A DNA stretch of 62,580 nt, counting the filler. It is 11 parts of 11 records of this genome, joined end to end, with 100 filler letters (N's around TTAATTAATTAA, not from the genome) between each part and the next. Parts side by side here need not be neighbours in the genome. Positions count along the whole stretch, not along the records: positions 45,302 to 52,607 come from SRR7504441_5321; positions 52,708 to 57,156 come from SRR7504441_5322; positions 57,257 to 62,580 come from SRR7504441_5329; 8 more parts are not named here. The stretch is one strand, 5' to 3'. The position numbers were made by a program, and so were the translations under genes. The notes under the pieces are model-generated. The model did no database searches, was not told the DNA's origin, and saw only the letters and a program-made list of their open reading frames with translations. Below are positions 45,302 to 57,309 of this stretch, piece by piece. Position 1 is the stretch's first letter. Every line of letters starts with the position of its first letter.

Positions 45302-47706
45302 CCTGTCGCTGTAACCACTACGCGCAGTGGCATCTGTTTGGCGGCGAGGGGCGGGCGTCTCAGCTGCAAGCGCAAGTGGATCAGTTTAGGCGGCGGGCTT
45401 TGGTGGCGGAAGCGCAGGTGGAGGCACTCTCAGCACGATGCGAGATAGAGCGGGCGAGGGCGGACAGCAAACCTATCGCTCCGAACAGGCTCCGAAGACG
45501 TAAAGACGTCGACGGCAACCCGGTTACAACCCGGTTTGCTCCTGTAAACGGGACTTGATGTCAGCCTGCGCATCCGTGTCGAGCGCCTCGAGAGCGAGCT
45601 CTCCGCCGCCTGCTTGCGCTGGTTTGACCACCACCACCACTCGCACCATCGAGAACAAGTGGCGAAGTGGCGTGGGCTAGCGCTCGCAGAAGAGGACGGG
45701 AGCTGGCACCTTTCCGTTAAAATAGCCTGGCTCAGATGTCGCATGCTTGGCGGTGCAGCCGGTGTGGGGCCGAGGGCGGGACACCGATCGGCCGGCGACG
45801 GCACCTCGCCCAGTGCCTGCCGGCCGCAGCGCCGGAGCAGCTAGCTAACATTGCCCACAGCCTCCGCCGGCCCGACACCCGGGCACTCGCCGCCCGGCTG
45901 GCAGAGGCCGTGGCCCTCGAAGGCAGCGGCGCGGTGCGGCCATGGGTGGCCAGACTCTCACGGTGAGCTGGCAGGGGTGCCCGGACGCTAGGGCGCTGCG
46001 GAATATGAAGCTGCTGTCGTCGCTCCCCGAGAGTTGGGTCAGCGACCAGCTGGTGCCCGCACTGGCAGCTGGCCCGGAGCCGGAGGGGCAGGCCAGCCCG
46101 GACGCGCTGCACCCGGACTTGCCTGTGGCTTCGCTGCTGTGGAGTCTGATCGAGATGACCCCAGCGGCCAGCCCGCGGATCGAGACTGCCCGCCGAGCCG
46201 TGGCCAGTAAGCAGGCCGCCAACGGTGCGACTGCCGGCGGCCGGCGGTCACTGTGTGAGCAGGGCTTCGGCCGCTGATGGAAGGGGCTGAGCTGGCGATG
46301 CGACGGGCGGCGCTGACCAGCACACTGGCTGCTGTGGCGGGAGATGGCGTGGTGGAACTCGTGACTCGCGAGCTGGTGGTAGGATCTGCAGAGGGCAGGA
46401 CCGTGAGGGAGGGTGCAGGTGAACAGGGCAACACGGCTGGATGCCTCGCTGGTGCAGGCGCTGCAGCTGTGCACGGAGATGCTCGCAGCCGACCAGATTG
46501 TAATCAAGAGCCACGACAACGGATTCTTTGCAAACTGGCTGCAGGTTAACTCTTCACTCATTGATCACTTTTATTAATCGGTTTCGGTTTAATCATGTGC
46601 CGTTTGAGCCGCTGGCAGGTGTTGGATGTGCTAGTACTGATAGATCCGAGCATGCCAGTCTCGGTAGACTGGACGAGCACAGGCGACGAAAAGGACTTCA
46701 CCTACAACAACAACGAGGCGGAGGAGTCTAATCTGTGGGACTGCTTCTTTGCCCCGATCTCGCCGATCTCGCCCACACCAGCGGCCAAGCCAGGGCAGGT
46801 GTTTGTCTCCAAGTCCAGGTGATCCGACAGCAAGCAGAGCCTGATTGGCGGCAGGATGAATCCGTTGTTTTACTCGTGTTACCGTAGGCTGTTCTTCGAT
46901 TGCGCCTACAGCAGAGCCCAGCGCACCGCCTACCACCAGGCATGTTTGATAGCGGGCCCGCGCCCAATTAATATTGAGACGGGCAGGCGTGGACGCGCGC
47001 GGTCAAGCTCACCGACCGTCGAGTGCTGCAGGTCATGCCATTTTGGCGTGGACTCTGGGCTCACGAGGAAGTGGCAGAGGGTCCAAGAGCACAGGGCTGC
47101 AATGGCAGGGAGGCATCGAATAGCTGTGCACAAGCGCGTGCAGTGCGGCGCGGGTGCGGCGGTGGCCTGACTGAGGGCGGCAGCACGCCTGGGGTGGTCG
47201 ACAACCAGTCGAATTACGTGATGCCTAGCATGGACGATTACGTCGAGCGGTGCCTATCTGGCCGCGTTATTGCTGTTATATATAGCGGGTGTAGCACGAG
47301 GCAAGTAGTGGCCGCAGCGCCAGAGCCGGCAGTAATCTACCTGGCAACGGATGACATTGACGCGCCAGACGCATTCCGAGCGGTGCAGGCCCGGGAGAAG
47401 GCCTGCTTGATAGCATGATAGGCGTTTGGAGAAATGGTTGTGGTGCGCGATGATGTCAAGAGGACATGCGGGGGGCTGCAAGAGAATGGGCGCATGAATG
47501 AGGTGCGACACCAGGCGGCTGTTGGTGGATATTGATCTTGGCGCAAGGTGCACATGATTTCCGGGAATGCTGGTGAGCAAGAGGCGGTGGATGTGTTGGT
47601 GGACGTGCACTCAATGGCATTGTGTAGTGAGTTGGTGCATATCGATAGCAACGTGAGTACAGCGGTGGCGATTATCAATCCAGAAATAGTCTCGCATCAT
47701 GTTTAA
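45302..47706 (+). CDS. NodZ/GT23-like alpha-fucosyltransferase domain, probably with a long N-terminal helical region; multi-exon, 5' truncated
   Basis: IVIKSHDNGFFANWLQ|VLD, NLWDCFFAPI, IAVHKR, VIYLATDD, DVLVDVHSMALCSELVHIDSNVSTAVAIINP. Confidence 0.65.
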
Positions 47707-47882
47707 TTAATAATAAACTTTAGACAAGACGTCGATTGCATGATTGTTCGAGTACACCGGCCCACGTGCGTGCACTATTGATACTACTAATATTTAGTCA
47801 CTCGTCGTACACGTACGAGCTCTAATTTAGAGTGTGCTCTACAATCATGATGTCTAGATTTGCTAGATGAATGAATTCGCGA

Positions 47883-50703
47883 TCACCCGCCTTCAAGCTT
47901 CTTTGTCACCTTTTCGACTTCTTCCGTGATGTACTCTATGTAATCTGCTTCTGCAAGCTCGGTGATTTTTGCGTTCCAGTAGGCCTTGATGTGCTCCATG
48001 AGCTGCTTTTCTTGTGGGGTAACAAAGCTGAAAGCAACCCCTGCCTTGCCAAACCGACCAGTCCTGCCTATCCGATGCTGGTAGTCCTCCGCGATCAGCG
48101 CGTCCTCACTGCTCACTCCCTGCTTCTGGTACGGCATGTCAAAGTTGACCACCAGGGTGATATCAGGCACATCCCACCCTGACAAAAGACAATCCTCACG
48201 CTCTGAAACAAACATGTTGGCAAGACCTCTGGAGAGCATATCGGTCGAAACGAGCACTCGGGTTTCTGCCTTAGCGAACCGACTGCGCACCTGCCCCACT
48301 GTTACTCGGGGCTATCGCTGGTTGGCGAGTCGTCACCGCCTCCTGCTCGACCTGTGACAGTCGACTGTGGTTAACATCCACCTCCATCCCCTGCTGGCGG
48401 AACCAGGCCTGTAAACCGGGCTTAAGCTGGGCCCAGGAAGCCCGCAAGGACCTTGAGCTTGTCTGCGGTGTCTATCTTCTGGACAAACACCAACGTCTGG
48501 TTTGCCTGCCGATCAGTCAGATGGCTAGCTAGCAGCAAGGAGCTCAGAACCTGAAGCTCAAGCATCATTTGGAGCAGCATCTCCATCTTGCGCACAGCAT
48601 TTGCGCTGGGAACCATCATGTAACATTGAACAATCGAGCTAACTGAGGCCTTTTCTTGTTCCAAGTAGATCTCTTGGTGCTTGCCCTTAGAAATGCCAAA
48701 CTTTTTGCTAATTTCTTCGGCCAGCCGCTTTGCAGACTCGCCAAATGTGGCAGAGAAAAAAGCGATTTGCGCATGCCGACATGAGCGGCACAGCTCTTTG
48801 AGTTTACTGGCCAAGCCACGTACATCGTTGCTATCGGCAAGCATCTCGTCAGCTTCATCAAACACAATCAGCTTGATGTTATTGCCGTGCGCTTTGGCCA
48901 CTTTGATCACTTGCTCTGGAGGCCCACACACGACCTGGCTCTCGATAGCTGGCAGCGGGCTCTTCCCCCAGATCGCGTCAGGCGGCAGCTGGGCGTTTGG
49001 TTCCTTGTTCAGCACCGACGGGCTGATGATCTGCAGCAAACCCCTCCCTGAGCTCAGCACGGCTAGTGGCTCACCTGTATAGCCCGGCGGACGCCCTTGC
49101 TTCCAAGCTGTCCGGCAGTGATTGTCTGGTTTGTGACACTGCAGGTCTGCTGGGTGAGTGCCCTGTTGTGTGAGACTACTAAAGCCTGAGGCCTCGCAGA
49201 CTTCCAGTCAATCAGCTGAAGCATAGAGAATACAAAAGCCCCGGTCTTGCCCTGGCCGGATGGGGCCTGGGCGATCAGATTGAGCTTTGCTGGCTTGAGC
49301 AGCGCAGGGATGGCGCTGGCTTGCACCAGTGAGGCCTTATCCCAGTCCATTGCCTGTCTCCAAGTTAGCACGATATGCATACATTTCGCCCACCTGTGCG
49401 GCTGCCACCAGCTCGGGCCTCAGCCCCAAGTCGCCAAATGTAGAATCGGATATCACTGCCGAGAGATCTTGAGAAGGTTTCACCTGTGCCAACAGCTCAG
49501 GCTCGCCGATTTATTATGCACCTTGATTACAATCCTGTTTGGAATCACCACCTCAGGCTCTGCTGCCTGCTCACTAGAAGCCTCCGCATCATCTGCGGTG
49601 GCACCCTCTGCTGGAGCAGGCTCGGGCTCAGCTGGCTTGGCTGGCTCCGGCTCGCTAGTGTTGGCTGCCACAGCGGTTGGCTCTGGCACGACAGCTGGTT
49701 TCGCAGCAGTCTCTTTACTCCCTCCTCCCAACCCCCCCAAAATAGATGTTCCGCCACCAAACAGCCCCGTAGTAGAGGGCGCTGTCACAGAAGGTGCTGG
49801 TTCGGTCTTCTCACCCCCGCCGAACAGCCCGAGCCCCCCCATAGATGGCGCTGGATCAGTCTTCTCTACCCCACCGAACAGCCCCGTAGTAGAGGGCGCT
49901 GTTGCAGAAGGTGTTGCAGAAGGCCAAACTGCCTCGGCCTTCTCAGCCACATCCCACAACCCAGCACTGGTCTGGACAGCTCCAGCTGGTGAGCTGACCC
50001 CGGTGCCCTGCACAGCGGGGGCTGCGGCGCTACTGAAGAAGCTCGGATATTTCTTCTCCAAGTCCGACCACATCTTAGCGCGGGACTCGGCTGTCGGCCG
50101 CTTCCTCAGGATCTCGTCAACTTTGGGCAGCTTGCTCGGGTCATGCTTGGTGTACAGCTCCGTGAGTCGTTGCTTGTCTGCCGCGTCGGTAGCCGGCGGT
50201 GGCTCGGGCGCTGCAGCCTGGGCTGGCGCGAAGATGCCCGGCTGCGGGCTGAGTCCCGTCGGGGCCACGGCAGGGCCCGGCGACCACGGTAGCGTGGCGA
50301 CGGGCGCTGGCTGCGTGGCCGGTGGGGCCGGGGTGCCGGCAGCGATTGGGCGGGGGGTTAGTTGGACTGCAGGCAACTCGCGCACCGGCGGGGGGGTGAG
50401 CACGGGCACTGGAATTGCCTGGCGCTGGCGCTCCAGATCGGCCGGAGTGGCCGCCGCTAGACCCATCTGGTGTAGGCTCTTGAGGCTGCGCAGAAACTTC
50501 CGTTGGTGCACCCGGAGCTTCATCTCGAGCTCGTCCGCTAGGTAGGCCTCCCAGTCGAGCTCGGCGTCGCACAAGTCGCGGCCATCCACCCCGAGGCTTA
50601 CGAACGCGTCCATGTACAGCTGCGTGTAGTCTCCGAACCCGAGCGAACCCACCCATGATGCCACCTCGACCGAGGTGGCTGGCTCCTCGCTGCAGCTCGG
50701 CAT
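47883..50703 (-). CDS. DBP5: DEAD-box RNA helicase DDX19/Dbp5-like with N-terminal SAM domain and GLFG repeats; 7 mini-introns
   Basis: FGDLGL, NLIAQAPSGQGKTGAF, VFDEADEM, FFSATF, TDMLSRGWD, YQHRIGRTGRFGKAG (the RFG ending is typical of Dbp5). Confidence 0.85.
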
Positions 50704-50888
50704 TGTCGGCCCGGTTCTAAGGTGGTGAACCCTCCAGAATTTCTCCTGGATTTTAATAAGGAACCTGGTACGATTGTACGAGTAGATCTTGCAGTGCCGA
50801 CGGGGTGGGGCGGCTGGCTGCGCTGACCTCGCGCCGGCTGGTCTGACCGCTGCTGCCCGGCCAGCCTCCCGGCCTGCGCGCGCTGTCC

Positions 50889-52607
50889 ATGGAAGAGTAC
50901 CAGGTGTACGGCCTGTGCGGCGAGGGCAACTTCGGGCGAGTGGTCAAAGCCCGGCGGAAGGGCACCGGCGAGCTGGCCGCGCTCAAGATGATCCCGACCG
51001 CCGGCAAGTCGGCCAAGCAGCTGGCCGAGCTGGAGCACGAGATCTCCATCCTGAGCGCGCTCCGCCACCCGAACATAGTCCAGATGCACCGCTGGTTCTG
51101 CACGGACCGCGAGATCGTTGTGGAGACGGAACTGTGCGAGGGCCAGCTGTTCGAGATCCTGCAGGACGACGGCAGCCTGCCCGAGCCCGAGGTGCGCCAG
51201 ATCGCCCGGCAGCTGGTGGCCGCGCTCCAGTACCTGCATGCGCGAAACATCGTCCACCGGGACATCAAGCCGCAGAACGTGCTGATAGGGGCCGGGGGGA
51301 CGGTTAAAGTGGCCGATTTCGGGTTTGCCCGGCAGGCGCGCGAGAGCATGGTGATGAATTCTATCAAGGGCACGCCGCTGTACATGGCGCCGGAGGTGGT
51401 CCAGGAGAAACCGTACAACCACACAGCCGATCTCTGGTCTCTCGGAGTTATCCTGTTCGAGCTTTACGTGGGCCGGCCGCCCTTCTACACGGACAACATA
51501 TACAAGCTGCTCCGGCTGATCGTCAAGGAGCCTGTAGTGTTCCCTGGCGACATCCCCACTGACCTGCACCGCCTGCTAGATGGGCTGCTCCAGAAGGACC
51601 CAGCCCACAGATGCAGCTGGCCTGCGCTCGGCCGGCACCCGTTCTTGCAGCTTGACGAGCTGGCGCCTGCCGCTGGCCGGGGCAGGCCCAAGACTGCTGC
51701 AACCGAAGCCAGGCCGGAGCCCGTGGAGAAGCCAGAGTCGGCCCGGCCGGCCAGCGCGCGCGCGGCGGGCGGCAGATTTGGGGCGGCGGAGCTGGCCGCA
51801 CTGCAGCAGCAGCTGGACGCGATCGGTGGCGCGGGCAGGTCGGCTGAGCTGAGTGCCAGGCTGCCGGAGAGGCTGCGTGAGCTGCGGAGCTGGGCGGAAT
51901 CGGGCCGGGCGAGTCACCAGGTGGATAGACAGCTGTGCGGTTCGCTGCTAAGGGCCGCCACAGTCTCAGTGCATCACGATACTGCGGTGTTGATGCTGGA
52001 TGCAGCCGCAGTCTACGTACAGGGCCGTGGGCTGGACCCGATGGGTATACTCGAGTCGTGTGGGGACTGGATTGTGCAGGCATGCAGCGGCCCACAGACG
52101 CGCAGCCCAGCGGCTCGGCTTGTGAGCTTGCTCGTTCTGAGCGGCGAGGCCCCGCGCGAGAAGCTGGTCCCTGCCATGCTGGCCCACAGCAGTATCATGC
52201 TGAGGGCCCTAGTGCTCACAGCATGCAGCCAGACCGACCCATCATCCAAAAGTTGCGACGGACCGTGGATCTCGGTGCGTGCGCTGTGTCGACTGATGAG
52301 CCTAGAGCACCTGCCAAGGGAGCCCTTCCCATCGGAAGCCCCGCATGGGTCCAGGCGGGTGGCCGGGTTGATCGCCTCGCCGGTCACAGAGGCCGCTGCC
52401 ATCATGTCTGAGTCTTCCCAGCATATCACAGCACTGGCAGTCCAGCTCAAGCACTGTGAGGCGCCACATGGAGACATTCTAGAGGTCATCGCTCACACCA
52501 CCGCAGCCACCACGGAGCTTGCTGGGATGCTGTCGTGCTCGACTCCGGCGCTGCAGGCGATCCTTTCAGTCCCGGGCCAGCTAGCTCCATGTCAGCTGCT
52601 TGTCCTG
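50889..52607 (+). CDS. STK36: Fused/STK36/TIO-family Ser/Thr kinase; 3' truncated
   Basis: MEEYQVYGLCGEGNFGRVVKARRK, GQLFEILQDD, HRDIKPQN, DFGFAR, SIKGTPLYMAPEVVQEKPYNHTADLWSLG. Confidence 0.92.
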
Positions 52608-52707
52608 NNNNNNNNNNNNNNNNNNNNNNNNNNNNNNNNNNNNNNNNNNNNTTAATTAATTAANNNNNNNNNNNNNNNNNNNNNNNNNNNNNNNNNNNNN
52701 NNNNNNN

Positions 52708-55700
52708 ACAGCGGCATGCCGGTGTCAGCTCGCCGGCTCCCAGCTCCGAGCCGTCGCTGCACAAGCACATCGAGCAGCAAGCCAAGGCCTGGTACACGCC
52801 TCCCAGCAGCAAGCAGCAGCAGGCGAGCAAGCAACCAGGCAGCGCTGAGAGTGGGGTGGGGGCGCCGATCAAGCTGTTGGGCAAGGAGATCAGCTCTCAG
52901 CTCCAGGCTGCCCTGGCTGCCCAGCAGGCCTCGGATGCCGAGCTGAGCACCCGCAAGCAGGAGTTGGGCAAGGCCACCCAGGAGCTGGGCGGGCTGCACA
53001 GCCGATTGGATCAAATGAACGAAGCTGTGAGCGAGCAGAACCAAATCCAAGAAAAGATCCGGCAGGCGCTGGCCGCCAAAAGCGTGACTGACGAGCAGAT
53101 CAGAAAGCTCGAGGCCGAGCTGTCCCGGCTGAGGGCTGAATGCGAGCAGCTCACGCGACAAGTAGAGCGCACTGAAACAGAGCGCACGGAATCAGCTAAC
53201 TTGAGCAAGCAGGCCAGCCAGCAGCTGCAGGAGGCGTTGTCTGCCAGAGCAGCAGCAGAGATGCAGGCAGAGTCATTTCAGGGACAGATCATCGAGTGCC
53301 GAAAGGAGCTCGAAGCACTAAAGACTCAGCTGGCAAGCACCAGTGAAAAAAAAGCTTGCGCATTGGCTCAGGACCGGGCCGCTAAATCGCAGCTGGAGAG
53401 CGCCGCAGCAACGCAGGAATCATCTGAGGCTCAGGCCAGCTCATTGCAGGGTGACTTAAATCTGCTACAAACGCAAGTCGCAGAAATGCGTAGTAAGCTT
53501 GAGTCCGAGCAACAACAGCTGGAGAGTGCTGCCGCAGCACAACAGTCATCTGAGGCTCAGGCCAGCGTATTGCAGGATGAATTAAATCTACTGCACACGA
53601 AAGTTGCAGAGTTGCGCAGCGAGCTTGAGTCCGAGCAACAATTGTTGGTAGAAAGTGCTTCCACTCGGGAGCTGCTGAATGGGCAGATTGAAGATACAAT
53701 GGCACAAAAGGTAGCAACCGAGGCGAAAGTGCTCGAGTTGCAGGGTCAAGTGGACAATTTTCGAGAAGAGATGGGATCAGTCACCAGCGAGCTAGAAAAG
53801 GCCAAAGGTCACACCTCACAGCATGCTGCTGAGGAAGCCTCTCTTAGGATTTCGCTGCAAGAGCTGGAGCGGGCAGCAGATGCGGGGGCGTCATCGGCCC
53901 AGGCTCTTAGATCAGAGGCTGTTGAGATCTGCAGAGTGCTCCAGTGTGACAAAGTGGACGCAACAGAGGCTGTGGAGCTGCAGCAGCAGCTCATCAGCAT
54001 GGACTTTGATCTTTGCCGACAGCTCCATGCGGCTACAGAGACGGAGAGGACATACGCAGCCCAATGTGCGACGCTGAAACAGGAGTTGGAGCAGGCACGC
54101 ACCGAGACCTGCCAAGCTCGCGACCAGGCTGAGGCTGCAAGGCTGCTAGCAGAGAGTGCAGAGGTACTCAAGGCCTCATTTGCAGATCGAGAGAAGGGTT
54201 GGGAAGACGAGTACAAAGCGCTGGAGCGAGCTGTCATATCAGCAGATGAGAGCAAGGCACAAGCTTCAGAGTTTGTGGCAGCCATGAACCAAGCCGCTGA
54301 ACAGCACGATAGGGCGTTGGAGGAAACCGGGGCAGCCCGGGCGGCAGCTGAAGCGCGTGCAGATGCGCTGCAAGAGGAGGTGAACCTGCTACGTGAGGAT
54401 GCTGGCACTCTCAAGACGCAGCTTGAGAAGGCAGAGCAGGAAAGCGCAGCCAGCGCTGTGGAGGCAAGCAAACTAATAGAGCAGCTGCAGGAGGCAGAGC
54501 AAGTCAGGGCTGCCAATAAGGTACAGATTAAGGAACTTGAGGAGGTGATAACGGGGCTCGCAGAAGAACAGCAAAGAGAAGTGGAGCGAATGCAGGAGTC
54601 GGCGGAGCTAGACAGTCAGCTGGAGCAAGCCGATGCCATGGAGAAGCAGAAGGAAATACTACAGAGACAGAAAGGCGCGGCTAGTGCAAAGCTAGCTAGA
54701 GCAACGAAACGGCATGCATGCGGCGATATGCAGAACGAAGAAATAAATCAGGAGATCGAAACTGCGCTAGCAGAGCGAGCTGCTGCAGATGCGAAGGTTG
54801 CAGAGCTGCGTGATTCACTAGAGCTGCTCGAACAAGAATGTTCATCCCTGACAGTAGAACTGGAACGCTACAACCAGACACATGAGCAACGCCAGGCTGA
54901 GCTAACAGATAAGGCCCAGCAGCTCAGCGATTCCAAGGCGGCTGCTGGGGTGGTTGAGCAGCAGATTGATGCATTGCAGCAGGCGCTTCAGGAGATGAAG
55001 CAGGAATCGTTAACTTTGGAGGACAAACTTTCCCAAGAGAAGACGCAAAATGCGCCCAGAGATCAAGAACGAGATGATCTGGAATGCCAATTGAAAGCAA
55101 GTGCTGAGGAGAAGCGGGCAGCAATAGCGCAGATGGAGTCACTGGTCGAGCAGATCGACCAAACCAAGATTGAGTTAGTAGAAACCAGAAGCCAAATAGA
55201 GCATGCTGCTTCAATTGCTCAAAGTGATGCTAGCAAGACTGATGAACTTCGCTGCGAGCTGCAAGATAACCTAACAGCAAAAGCGCTGGCTGAGAATCAA
55301 ATCCACGAGCATCAGAGCGAACTGCATAGATTGCAACAAGATCGCAAGTCAACACAAGACAAGCTGAACATGGCCGCCGGAGATGCGGACCAAATGGACA
55401 AAGTGAAAGAGGCGGTCAGCAAGCAGCTGCAGGAGGCGCTGTCTGCCAGGGTGTCAGCGGAGGGACAGGCTGTGGTCATGCAGCACGAGCTGTTGATGTT
55501 ACGCGAGGAATTAGGTTTGATTGATGGACGGATTAAATCCATAGGGCACAAACATGAAGATGCAGTTGCTGAAAAGCAAGTAGTAAACTTGCATCTGCAG
55601 GAAGCAGTTTCTGCCCGGACAGCAGCAGAAATGCAGGCAGAATCACTCCGGGGTCAGATCCTCGAGTGTCAAAAGGAGCTCGAAGTCTCCAGAGCGTTGC

Positions 55701-57035
55701 TGCAAGAAGCCGAAATCTGCGAGGCATATGATGATGCCGAGTTGGACCAGGCCCGTACTGAGCTTTGTAACGTGGAGGCAGGGAAGGAAGCGGCAGTTGG
55801 ACGAGCATCAGCATTGCAGCGAGAAGTGGATAGACTGTGTGAGGACTCAAGTGCAATGCAAACCGAGCTTGAGAAAGCTAGAGAAGGAAGGGCAGTGAGC
55901 TGTCTACAACATGTCATGGCCGAGCTGCGTGCTTCGGAGCTCCAGATTTTAGAGCTTGAAGCAGACCTTGTACAGAGTAATGAGCAGCTTCAGGCGCTGG
56001 TGAGTAAGCTGCGCTCGCCTAGGTCTGATTAAGGTCGGGTGGGTGCAGGCCCGGGATTCTGTCAAGCTGGGACTGGATGCTGAGCGTTCGTCTCAAGTGC
56101 AGATGGCTGTAGTGCAGCAGCAATCTCAGGCGATGACCACTTGGCGGAGCCATGTCAACTTCATGCATTGTCGCGCAAAGCTGCTCCGTTGCAACGATAA
56201 GAGGCACAAAATGCGCACGGCCCTTGAAGAAGCTCAGAGTGCAAAGGTGGTGGCTGAGGAGCGGGCAGTGGTGTTGCAGCGTGAGGTGGACGTGCTTAGA
56301 AAGCAGCTAGCGGGAATGTCAGAGGCAAATTCAGCCATCGAGGGGGATTCAACACGGCAAAGCGAAGCAGCTGAGTTCCGCTTAGAGTCGCTCCAGCGCG
56401 AGGTGAATAGGCTGGATGGTCAGGCCAGCGCGCTGAAGGAGCGACTAGAGAATAAGAATGACGAGGTAGTTTCGCTTAAAAAGCAGCTTGCGAGAGTCGA
56501 GCAATCGAGGACCGTAAGAGTAGAAAATGCTGGTGCGACAAACGCTGAGACAAGCAGTTTGGAGAGGGAAGTGAGAGAGCTGCGGGTCGAGCTGCAAGCC
56601 GTCAAGGTTGACTTGGAGAGAGCTGGCGAGAAGCTCAAGTCAGTCACTGCCCAGAAACGGCTGCTCAGCGATGAGCTCAATGACGCCAAGGCGATAGCCT
56701 CGAATGCATGGCAGCACAAAGGGTCGAATGAGACAAGCCCAAGGTCGCAGGATGTTGACCGGCTGAGTCGTGAGTGTGCTGACCTAAAGAGGAGCCTCAA
56801 AAGAGCTAATGATAAGGTGGAAGCTGCTGAGGCACAGGCTAGATCCACTCGCTTGTGTGCAAAAGACGATGAGCGGGATCAGCGACGTTTAATCGATTCC
56901 AAGCTGGAAGAGCGAATGCAAAGGGCGATGCGCAAGGCAGAACAACTCGAGAGAAAGCGTGACGCCAACAAAAATGATGGTAGCGGAGATGATTGGATGG
57001 CACGAATGCTATTTAATAATACATGTAGCGAGTGA
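52708..57035 (+). CDS. Very long coiled-coil protein (over 1300 aa) with internal repeats; 5' truncated
   Basis: 1058-aa and 330-aa E/Q/A/L-rich ORFs joined by a GTGAGT..CAG intron near 56000-56048. Confidence 0.8.
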
Positions 57036-57309
57036 CAAAAGCTCAAACTATTTAAAATTTTATCATTTGATTGGTGCACAATTTAATGCAGGTGCTACAG
57101 ACCTACAGTAGTAAATAATGAAATAAATGAATTCCATTTTAATGCGTGATTAAAAGNNNNNNNNNNNNNNNNNNNNNNNNNNNNNNNNNNNNNNNNNNNN
57201 TTAATTAATTAANNNNNNNNNNNNNNNNNNNNNNNNNNNNNNNNNNNNNNNNNNNNAGCACGGTCCCGCTTGCGCTGGCCTCGCGGCAGTGTGCCTTTGG
57301 CTCGGCAAG

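Noticed and set aside
2792-51569. Long antisense or alternate-frame ORFs (2792-3796, 3339-4106, 16175-16987, 42653-43645, 49247-50545, 50598-51569)
   Set aside because: Shadow ORFs of GC-rich coding DNA with no motifs; most overlap a better-supported gene on the other strand or frame
6014-57256. Repeated TTAATTAATTAA inside N runs as a biological repeat, and gene neighbourhoods across them as clusters
   Set aside because: Identical 100-nt synthetic linkers joining independent contigs; for example the PKS and LRR adjacency is an artefact
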